Source: Promethearchaeota archaeon (GTDB taxonomy: Archaea; Asgardarchaeota; Lokiarchaeia; Sigyniarchaeales; SOKP01). From it: a stretch of DNA of 31,134 bases. This document shows positions 8,366-15,889 of this stretch, one piece after another (position 1 is the first letter of the stretch; every line of letters begins with the position of its first letter). The position numbers were made by a program, and so were the translations under genes. The notes beneath the pieces are model-generated. The model saw nothing but the letters and a program-made list of their open reading frames with translations, ran no database searches and was not told the origin of the DNA. The stretch is from assembly GCA_048941015.1 (NCBI GenBank), contig JBHLNZ010000037.1:1-31134 (forward strand), written 5' to 3'.

Positions 8366-8968
8366 ATGGCAGATAATTCAAATATACATTCTGAGGAGTA
8401 TATGATTCCATTTCTTATTGAACAAGAATTTACTACCAAATACAACGTACTTAATTATGTAGTACGACATATGTCTTTTGTAAATCATCAGGAAAAAATT
8501 GTTACTATACCTCAAGAAAAATTAAGAATGGTATCAAAAAATACTCATATTCCTAATTGCATAGTTAATAAAGTTGTAAGAGGCTTTTTGATAAACGTGC
8601 TTCTTTTTCGAGATCATATGAGTGCTTATAAATTTTCGTGGAGTCATGGAGTCAAAGTTCAATTAAGTAAAGTTTGTGTATATTTAGAACGTCTATATAA
8701 TATGGCACCGGTATTTGATTTTACAAGGGCAAAGAAAAATTTAGAGATATTATATAAACTTCTTGAACTAAATTGTTATTGGCCTTGTCTGACTACACAA
8801 CTCGCTTTAGTTATATTTGTGACAGATCGAAACGATTCACAAAATTATGAGTTTATTACTCAGAAAAATTTGCGAGCGATTTGTGCTAATTCCGCGTATG
8901 CGTTTCATAGAGCACGAAATAAATTAGGGATTAATAATAATGGACGGATAAGTCGATTAATACAGTAA
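8366..8968 (+). CDS. Hypothetical protein with a C-terminal TFB/TFIIB cyclin-repeat-like domain
   Basis: VYLERL...AKKNLEIL...QLALVIFV...ITQKNLRAICANSAYAFHRARNKL parallels the TFB second repeat (YVPRF...AIEIL...AAAAIYIA...[24 protein letters not shown]). No N-terminal Zn ribbon. Confidence 0.5.
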   Translation: MADNSNIHSEEYMIPFLIEQEFTTKYNVLNYVVRHMSFVNHQEKIVTIPQEKLRMVSKNTHIPNCIVNKVVRGFLINVLLFRDHMSAYKFSWSHGVKVQLSKVCVYLERLYNMAPVFDFTRAKKNLEILYKLLELNCYWPCLTTQLALVIFVTDRNDSQNYEFITQKNLRAICANSAYAFHRARNKLGINNNGRISRLIQ

Positions 8969-9018
8969 ACTTCTCATTTAAAACGCATATAATTACATCT
9001 TTAATTTTAATTGGCGAG

Positions 9019-9034
9019 ATTTTTTATTTATAAA
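9019..9034 (+). promoter_or_regulatory. T-rich-BRE/TATA element ATTTTTTATTTATAAA (leaderless-type spacing)
   Basis: 23 nt before ATG 9058. Confidence 0.6.
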
Positions 9035-9057
9035 AAAGTGCAAAATAGTTTTATTTA

Positions 9058-9990
9058 ATGATTACTGATTTAGATGATATTTTCCAAAAATTATTAGAAA
9101 AAGGGCTAACTGAAGAGGAAATTGAACGCCAAATACACAAAAAATCTCGGCAGTATGATGGGTTCATGTCGAAACAGGGAATTCTCTTTATTATTGCCAA
9201 AGAAAACGGTATTAAGCTCTATTCTCCCGAAATTGACCCTGAAATCTACAAAGAAATCGAAAAAGAGATTGATTATGATGAGTTCACCATCTCTATCTCC
9301 AATGTACAAGAAGGGATGCAAAATATTGTTATCTTAGGTAAAATAATATCCATTTTTCAGAAGCGTGAATTTGTAAGAAAAGATGGATCAGTAGGGCAGG
9401 TTGGCTCATTTATCGTAGCTGATACATCTGGAACAATTAAAGTAGTGATATGGGATGATAAAGTTGAAATGATGAATAATGAATATTTTAAAGAAGGAGA
9501 AATCATCCGAATTATTGGCGGATATTCTAAGATGGGAGAAGACAATTCGCTTGAAGTTCACCTCAGGCGAAATGGAAATCTCCATATCTCTCCAAATGAT
9601 ATAACCCAAAAATTAAGAATTCAATTGGAATCGGTCAGATGTTCTGAAAATTACCATCTTAATTTAAAAAAAGGGGTAGCAAAAAATATTCATGATTTGG
9701 TAGATAAATATGAATTTATTAGGAGTATTCAGGGTATTGTAAAAATAGAAGATTTTAAAGAATTGACTACTAAAAGTGGAGAAAAGACATTTCTTCTTAA
9801 ATTGATATTAAGCGATGATTCTGCGTCCGTTTATGTAGTAGTATGGGGGATGATTGCGATTGAATGTCTGAAATTAATAAATGAGGGAGATTCAGTCTGT
9901 ATTACTAACTTAAAGGTACAGAGAAATACGTTTAATAATGAAAAAGAGCTAATATTTACTAAGAAATCTTCTTTGCAGATTATAGGTTAG
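9058..9990 (+). CDS. Replication protein A-like ssDNA-binding protein (two OB folds, helical N-terminal domain)
   Basis: ISNVQEGMQNIVILGKI...EFVRKDGSVGQV...ADTSGTIKVVIWD and a second OB, LSDDSASVYVVVWG. Confidence 0.88.
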   Translation: MITDLDDIFQKLLEKGLTEEEIERQIHKKSRQYDGFMSKQGILFIIAKENGIKLYSPEIDPEIYKEIEKEIDYDEFTISISNVQEGMQNIVILGKIISIFQKREFVRKDGSVGQVGSFIVADTSGTIKVVIWDDKVEMMNNEYFKEGEIIRIIGGYSKMGEDNSLEVHLRRNGNLHISPNDITQKLRIQLESVRCSENYHLNLKKGVAKNIHDLVDKYEFIRSIQGIVKIEDFKELTTKSGEKTFLLKLILSDDSASVYVVVWGMIAIECLKLINEGDSVCITNLKVQRNTFNNEKELIFTKKSSLQIIG

Positions 9991-10008
9991 CCATATAAGT
10001 TAATATAA

Positions 10009-10024
10009 ATTTTTTCTTTAAATA
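10009..10024 (+). promoter_or_regulatory. T-rich-BRE/TATA element ATTTTTTCTTTAAATA for the roadblock/MglA-like operon
   Basis: Identical to 2252..2267; 48 nt before ATG 10073. Confidence 0.55.
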
Positions 10025-10072
10025 GTCCTAGTAAATTAGCATTCTAATCATTATAAAAGGTTAATACTTAAC

Positions 10073-10606
10073 ATGACAATATATGTGCCAAAAGCATTGT
10101 ATGAAAATGAGATTTCAGAAGTGCTAGATGAAATCCGACATTCTTACGGAATTCTTACTAGAAAAGGATTTATCTACGGGTTAATTGCGATTGATCAAGA
10201 TGCTAAAATTATCGCCATAGACTCTCGTTTTGACCGAAAGTTAAATTATTGGGATTTAAGTTCTATCGGAGCTGCGATGTATGGAGTGGCACGCCAAGCT
10301 CAAGATTTTTTTGACACTCAATCCTTAATACGTGCTACTTTAATTTTTAAAGACTTACAGTTATTTGTAAAATCAATAGGGCAAGTTAATCTAAAGCGAA
10401 AAGGAGATCGAGAAATTTTGGTAATACTTCTAGTGAATAATGAAGTCAATATAGGAGTTCTTATACTCCAGATGAATAAGTTTTCCGAAAAAATTAGAGA
10501 AGCAATAAAACGCAACAACGAAATTATGTCCAAGTTAGAAATGACTGAAACAGAATTAAAAGAACATATTAAAAATCTCAAGAGAAAAGTATTTGGATCT
10601 GCTTAA
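10073..10606 (+). CDS. Roadblock/LC7 (MglB-like) domain protein with C-terminal helical extension
   Basis: Pattern GLIAIDQDAKII...LSSIGAAMYG...LVILLVNNEVNIGVL; directly upstream of an MglA-like GTPase. Confidence 0.75.
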   Translation: MTIYVPKALYENEISEVLDEIRHSYGILTRKGFIYGLIAIDQDAKIIAIDSRFDRKLNYWDLSSIGAAMYGVARQAQDFFDTQSLIRATLIFKDLQLFVKSIGQVNLKRKGDREILVILLVNNEVNIGVLILQMNKFSEKIREAIKRNNEIMSKLEMTETELKEHIKNLKRKVFGSA

Positions 10607-10624
10607 TTTTAGGTGATTCATAAA

Positions 10625-11284
10625 ATGGCAGAATCAAATAGAAAAGGAGAGAGTTGCCCGTCTTTAAGTAGTAAATCTAATCAAGGTAAAATGAAAGGAG
10701 TGCTTCAATTTAAGATTGTATATTGGGGTCCCGGTGAATCGGGGAAGACTACGAATTACTTTCGGCTTAGGGAGAAATTTGATGGAGTAAAATTGAATGC
10801 AGGATACTCTATTGAAACTACAGATGGCCGCACTTTATGGCAAGATTCAGTTCGGCTTTCATTTTTTCTTAATCTCGGAGATATTAAGTATAATATCATT
10901 TCTCAAATAGTAACGGCAACGGGACAAGAACGTTTTTTATCTACCAGAGAATATGTTTTGGATGGAGCGGATGGAGTGGTTTTTGTTGCTGACTCGGATC
11001 CTGAAAAGATGGAACAAAACAAACGCAGCTTTCGAGAATTGATTAGTTTTACAAAACCTAATAAGATTCCTTATTTGGTGCAGTTAAACAAACGAGATTT
11101 AAAAAACGCCATCTCTATTGAAGAATTTAAAAAACAGTTAAATCTCCCTGATTTTGAAGAATATGAAGATGGAACCCTTGTAGTCTATTCTTCGGTAGCT
11201 TTGAAGGGCGAGAATATACGAGAATGTTTTGAAGATCTTATGCTTCATGTAATTTTTAATTATTTTAAGAAGGATTTCATTTAA
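10625..11284 (+). CDS. MglA-like small GTPase (likely start ATG 10625 after AGGTGA; the ORF track starts at 10613)
   Basis: KIVYWGPGESGKTTN (G1), TTDGRTL (G2 with the MglA-type Arg), TATGQ (G3), DGVVFVADS, NKRD (G4). Confidence 0.88.
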   Translation: MAESNRKGESCPSLSSKSNQGKMKGVLQFKIVYWGPGESGKTTNYFRLREKFDGVKLNAGYSIETTDGRTLWQDSVRLSFFLNLGDIKYNIISQIVTATGQERFLSTREYVLDGADGVVFVADSDPEKMEQNKRSFRELISFTKPNKIPYLVQLNKRDLKNAISIEEFKKQLNLPDFEEYEDGTLVVYSSVALKGENIRECFEDLMLHVIFNYFKKDFI

Positions 11285-11315
11285 TACATATTTTCTTATA
11301 AGTTTAGATAATTTA

Positions 11316-12434
11316 ATGGGGCTGTTAGATTTGGATACAGAATATGACTTTATTCAGCCGGAATTTTTAAACATTCTTTTTTTTCAGCAAATGAATTTAA
11401 TCATATTTCCTTATATAGATTTGAAACATCTTCATTCCTTACAGATTTTTACTATTGGATATGATATCATTGATATCGATGCTACAGCAATCCATAACTT
11501 ACAGGAAATTGTTGATTATGAAAAATGCAGTTCTTATTCTCAGCAACCTACCCTTTACTTTTTATATAATGTTGATGTATTAAATCTAAAAAAACTAATT
11601 ACTTCCAATAATGTTCGCTACATTGTAAACATTAATGAAGATGTGGATAATTTAGTAAATGACTCTGATGCCATATTTTTTAACAAAAAAAGCAAGAAGT
11701 TTATCAATTATACTCCTGATAATCTAGAATTTGAAACTTATCTTATTGAAAACTCCAATAGCGAAACTGTTCTTCTGGAAAAAATTCAGCAGATTAAAAC
11801 ATTAGCGACTAAAATATATTCCGAAATAAACGAAAAAGGACATCTAAAGGAATTATCTACTATTTTAAAAGAATATGATCCGTGTTATTGGAATAAGATC
11901 TTATCATTTACTAAAAAATATTATGATATTGAACTCCCTGAGGTTAGTATTCCAGAATCAGGTAAAAAAATTGCCCATAAGAAGGAATTGAAGGATTTTT
12001 CTGCAGAATATGAATTGATTATAAAAAGCAATCGACATATTGCTCAAGAATTTGTTCAATTAATTCATGAATATCGTAGTAAATATGTAAATTCTGCTAA
12101 CTTAGAAGTTGATCAATTATATTATCCTCTAAAACTCTATAATTATCTGCGAAACCACCACTGGAAAAAGGGTATTCATTCCAGCTTTTTGAAAGAATGG
12201 CTTAAAATGAAGCATACTAGTTATGTGCTTAATGAAAATGACAAAGCTGATTTTAAAACTCTTCTTCAGAAGTTAAATAGTAATAATATTGATTTCGAAA
12301 AAATACAAGCTCAACCAAATTCGGAAAATAGTCAATTGCTTAATATTAACAGCAAAAATCCAATACCTTCTATTAAAGATTTCCAAGAATTTAAAAAATG
12401 GATATTGAAGAAATTAGATCACCTTGCAAAATAA
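11316..12434 (+). CDS. Hypothetical protein; the N-terminus weakly resembles a degenerate AAA+/clamp-loader-like fold
   Basis: Long 372-aa ORF. GYDIIDIDAT / PTLYFLYNVD / RYIVNIN are spaced like RFC motifs, but there is no Walker A. Confidence 0.6.
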   Translation: MGLLDLDTEYDFIQPEFLNILFFQQMNLIIFPYIDLKHLHSLQIFTIGYDIIDIDATAIHNLQEIVDYEKCSSYSQQPTLYFLYNVDVLNLKKLITSNNVRYIVNINEDVDNLVNDSDAIFFNKKSKKFINYTPDNLEFETYLIENSNSETVLLEKIQQIKTLATKIYSEINEKGHLKELSTILKEYDPCYWNKILSFTKKYYDIELPEVSIPESGKKIAHKKELKDFSAEYELIIKSNRHIAQEFVQLIHEYRSKYVNSANLEVDQLYYPLKLYNYLRNHHWKKGIHSSFLKEWLKMKHTSYVLNENDKADFKTLLQKLNSNNIDFEKIQAQPNSENSQLLNINSKNPIPSIKDFQEFKKWILKKLDHLAK

Positions 12435-12441
12435 ATTGTAT

Positions 12442-12457
12442 ATTTTTTCTTTAAAAA
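12442..12457 (+). promoter_or_regulatory. T-rich-BRE/TATA element ATTTTTTCTTTAAAAA (leaderless-type spacing)
   Basis: Identical to 7156..7171; 21 nt before ATG 12479. Confidence 0.6.
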
Positions 12458-12478
12458 TACCTGAATAATAAGATAACC

Positions 12479-12865
12479 ATGATTTCAAAACAAGTAATGG
12501 ATAGGAAAGGAAAGGTACCTGAAATTCGATGTATTATATGTAATAATGAGACAAAACAAAAACCTCAAATTATCCAGTTAGGTGTAGAATTTTGCATCAT
12601 ATGTCCAGAATGTATCAAAAGGTTTCCCCGAAAGGATATGGAATTCATGTATAATATGTTTTCAGCATTTGGTGGGTATTTCGGACAAGTTAAAGATACC
12701 AAAAGGTCAATGTATGAGATTTTCAAACATTTGACTAAAGAATTTAATATCCAAGAAGAAAGAATTACTCTTAAAAGTGATATTCGCCTACTGCATAAAG
12801 CATTCTTATATGGAATCCCTCCCAGTCAAATATTACAAGGATATCATTTAGTACAAAAGGTTTAA
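12479..12865 (+). CDS. C4 zinc-finger protein with GGYFG...HKAFLYG helical domain
   Basis: CIIC...CPEC; the C-terminal part is homologous to ORF 3..227. Confidence 0.75.
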   Translation: MISKQVMDRKGKVPEIRCIICNNETKQKPQIIQLGVEFCIICPECIKRFPRKDMEFMYNMFSAFGGYFGQVKDTKRSMYEIFKHLTKEFNIQEERITLKSDIRLLHKAFLYGIPPSQILQGYHLVQKV

Positions 12866-12909
12866 TATTTTTAGGAGTTTAAATGGATTGATTAAGATTA
12901 AGGGGTATA

Positions 12910-13122
12910 ATGAATGTTATACAACATAGTTATTGCCCCCGTTGTCAAACTTATTTAGTATATACAACCGAGAACAAGATTTTATGTCCCTCCTGCCGAC
13001 TTACGTTTAATAAAGATGTATTCGGTGCATTAAATGACGAGAATATTCTTTCGGATCAGGAAATTAGCGGGATACTTGATTCTTTAAAAAAAGGAAGAAA
13101 TATACAAAAACTAAAAATTTAA
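12910..13122 (+). CDS. Small Zn-ribbon protein (TFB N-terminal Zn-ribbon-like)
   Basis: CPRCQTYLVYTTENKILCPSCRLTF; GGGGT ribosome-binding-like sequence just upstream. Confidence 0.65.
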   Translation: MNVIQHSYCPRCQTYLVYTTENKILCPSCRLTFNKDVFGALNDENILSDQEISGILDSLKKGRNIQKLKI

Positions 13123-13202
13123 TTATATTCTTTCTCTTCTTTTTTAGATCTTCACATCATTTATAATAGTTTAATTAAACTATATTATTTTATATTATAA
13201 AA

Positions 13203-13952
13203 TTAGAAATGGACATTATGTTTTTCTAAAATCCAAGTATCTATAGAAAATTCTTGAATTCCCTTTTTTTCTATTTTATAATCAGAATGAATTGTTGATC
13301 GAGGTAGCCATAACTCAAGATTATTTTCAAACATAATTAGTAATGCTTTATCAGAACTTCCCATAATACTTCCTTTGATTTGTATTGATTTTTTATTAAT
13401 AGCTTTCTTTTTATCTGATTTTTCAACAACTTGTTTAATTTTTTGGTGTTTTTCTGGTACTTCAATAATCTCTTCCCTAATCATCAAATTGTCAGAATTT
13501 TCCTCTTTCAAAATTTTACTGTTTTCACCATCAGGAGGTCTAAAATTGGAGCCAGTTGCATATTCAATCTTTTCAGCTAGCATATGCTCCATCAACATTC
13601 GAAAAATAATAATTTGAGCCGTTTGAAATGATTTCTTATAATCCCCAATATTAACATAGATTTGCTCTTTTTTGCTATCATCCCATTTGAAGTTAATTGC
13701 AGTTTTATCTTCCTTAAAGGAATGATAAGTTGTCCATGAGTCCGATTCTTTAGACAAAACTTGAAGAATTAATGCCATCTCTTCTAAGGAAAACTTAATT
13801 GTTTTCCCCTCCCCTTGAGATGGTTTTTCCCATACTCCATCTTTTTTTTTTCGTAAACAGGTAAAAAAGATAAAATCATCCTGTTTGGAAGAACTTTTGA
13901 TTATAATACCGGTTTTTTGTCCGAAAAAGCTTCTAGAGTGAAAATCTACCAT
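13203..13952 (-). CDS. Putative Whirly/PC4-fold ssDNA-binding protein with a C-terminal small beta-barrel domain
   Basis: N-terminal beta-beta-beta-beta-alpha pattern (FIFFTCLRKKKDGVWEKPSQGEGKTIKFSLEEMALIL) apparently repeated; charged linker; C-terminal SDKALLI...LWLPRSTI...IDTWILEK domain. Confidence 0.5.
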   Translation of the reverse strand: MVDFHSRSFFGQKTGIIIKSSSKQDDFIFFTCLRKKKDGVWEKPSQGEGKTIKFSLEEMALILQVLSKESDSWTTYHSFKEDKTAINFKWDDSKKEQIYVNIGDYKKSFQTAQIIIFRMLMEHMLAEKIEYATGSNFRPPDGENSKILKEENSDNLMIREEIIEVPEKHQKIKQVVEKSDKKKAINKKSIQIKGSIMGSSDKALLIMFENNLELWLPRSTIHSDYKIEKKGIQEFSIDTWILEKHNVHF

Positions 13953-13999
13953 AATAATATCAAATGATCTTTAATTTTAAAATAAAGAGAGGCTAGTTA

Positions 14000-14015
14000 T
14001 TTATAAATAAAAATA
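14000..14015 (-). promoter_or_regulatory. T-rich-BRE/TATA element TATTTTTATTTATAAA
   Basis: 47 nt before ATG 13952; divergent intergenic region. Confidence 0.5.
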
Positions 14016-14303
14016 AAATAAGCGAATTCGAACAGTAAGTAAGATCGATAATTAATGTATTATTATAATTGAATCAATGATATGAATCATAACTAGCTAA
14101 TTATATTGATTATGCTTTTTCAAGATATCTTCTATTAAATAATTGATATAGCCAATTACTTGTACGAGAATTTCGACTTCAATCTTTAATAAATATAATT
14201 TTTAGTGAGATTTAAAAGGTAGAATAATAAATGAAGAATAAATATTGTTTTCTATTAGATTAAAAGTTATAATTCTAATAAATCAATACTTAAGTGTTAT
14301 AAT

Positions 14304-15131
14304 ATGGAAAATAAGAAAAGAAAATTTAAATTATGGTTAACCATTTCCTCATTAGGTTCATTAATAGTCTTTAGTGTACTATATTATCTTTATTGGTCCA
14401 CTATAAGTAATGCATTAATTACTATCGAAGGTGCTGAGTTAGCAACAATTTCTGCTGCCACAAGAATTGTGATATTAAGCATCATGAGCTACATTCTCTT
14501 TAGGAAATGGTTTAAGCAAGAAGTTATTTATACTTCCGATGCGTATTTCTTATTTGCCTTATTTTTTATGATACTCACTATCGGAAAGCTTTTTGATTTG
14601 CTTTATAACCTGCTTCTTATAAGTGATACATATGGAGATTTATTTATCCTGATGCTTAGTAAAATAAGGTATTATATCATTATTATCAATATCCTTCCAA
14701 TTCTCTATATTGGACTAGAAGCCACTATGACATTTGTCAGTGTATATGTTAAAGATTTAAGTAAAAAGCAGTTCAGTAAAATACGCTTATGGATTATCTT
14801 CGTTGTTCTCCTAGGTTTGACTGTGATTATTACATTAGCTACGAACATCACATTTCTAATCAACGTTCTTCCTTTTTTCACTATTGCGATATTTATTATG
14901 ATTGCGATTATGTTTTTGTTTATGTACAAAAATAAGCGCCTCTCTCAAGCAAATGGCTTAATAATCGGAATCGCCTTCCTTTATTTCATCATTACCAACC
15001 TCTTACGATCTCTAATCTCGATCATCGCGTTAACTCACCCCTCCTTCATCGTCGTTGCCGATCTGCTCGATATCAGTGCTAATGTTTTGATGTTCATTGG
15101 CTTTATTTCAAAACCGAGCTATGCAAAATAA
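14304..15131 (+). CDS. Multi-pass (about 7-8 TM) hypothetical membrane protein
   Basis: Repeated hydrophobic helices; canonical purine-rich AAAAG-TTATAATT promoter at 14262..14274. Confidence 0.75.
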   Translation: MENKKRKFKLWLTISSLGSLIVFSVLYYLYWSTISNALITIEGAELATISAATRIVILSIMSYILFRKWFKQEVIYTSDAYFLFALFFMILTIGKLFDLLYNLLLISDTYGDLFILMLSKIRYYIIIINILPILYIGLEATMTFVSVYVKDLSKKQFSKIRLWIIFVVLLGLTVIITLATNITFLINVLPFFTIAIFIMIAIMFLFMYKNKRLSQANGLIIGIAFLYFIITNLLRSLISIIALTHPSFIVVADLLDISANVLMFIGFISKPSYAK

Positions 15132-15154
15132 AGGATATATAAAGGAGAGAAGGA

Positions 15155-15847
15155 GTGATAAATACGGTGAAGGCAAAAGAGTGGAGAAAAATTGCGTTTC
15201 TGTCTATAATAATTAGTCCTTTCCAATATATTATCTTTACAGCAATAGCGATGGGTTTTTATGCAGGGGGGACCTTTATTAATCCAAATACCATCGGATA
15301 TGATTTCTGGCAAAACTTTTTTAGCGATCTTGGTCGAACAATCGCACTTTCAGGAAGATCTAACATGATTTCCTTTTTGATATTTACCATATCGGCATTT
15401 ATATTAACGAGCTCTTTGGTATTCTTTATTCTCGCAATGCCGATCTTTTTCAAATCGGATAATTTAGAATTCAATCTCGCACGGATTAATATCATGATTG
15501 GAAGTATTGCAGGGTTTTTCATGTTCTGTGTGATTTTTACTCCATGGAATCTCTTTCCTACGGTTCATTTGACCTTTTCAAAATTATTTTCTTTTACCAG
15601 TTTATTTGTCCTAATCTTATTTTCAATTTTGATAATAAAAAATGAGAACTATCCAAACATCTATGGATGCACATATTTGCTTATCATTTTATTTGCTTTA
15701 GTTTATTCATTGATTGCGATATTTGGTCCCGGTATAACAACTTCAAATGGATTAATCTTACAAGCAAGCGCACAAAAAATTTCTCAATATTCATGGCTCA
15801 TTGGTTTTATGATTCAAGGTTACGGTTCAAATAAGTTATTGAAATAA
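15155..15847 (+). CDS. DUF998-like membrane protein
   Basis: GYDFWQNFFSDLG motif after TM1; about 6 TMs; GGAG upstream of the GTG start. Confidence 0.7.
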   Translation: MINTVKAKEWRKIAFLSIIISPFQYIIFTAIAMGFYAGGTFINPNTIGYDFWQNFFSDLGRTIALSGRSNMISFLIFTISAFILTSSLVFFILAMPIFFKSDNLEFNLARINIMIGSIAGFFMFCVIFTPWNLFPTVHLTFSKLFSFTSLFVLILFSILIIKNENYPNIYGCTYLLIILFALVYSLIAIFGPGITTSNGLILQASAQKISQYSWLIGFMIQGYGSNKLLK

Positions 15848-15889
15848 ATAAAACAAGTAAACACTTTTTGATCCATACCTAAATTTTTG

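Noticed and set aside
11288-11303. Additional copy of the cluster promoter motif before 11316 (ATATTTTCTTATAAGT)
   Set aside because: Poor match and too close (about 13 nt) to the ATG; the gene is probably co-transcribed with the GTPase.
2340-13952. Provirus, plasmid or other integrated element carrying replication genes
   Set aside because: No integrase, primase/polymerase, capsid, terminal repeats or tRNA att site is visible. Composition matches the flanks and genes are on mixed strands with individual promoters.
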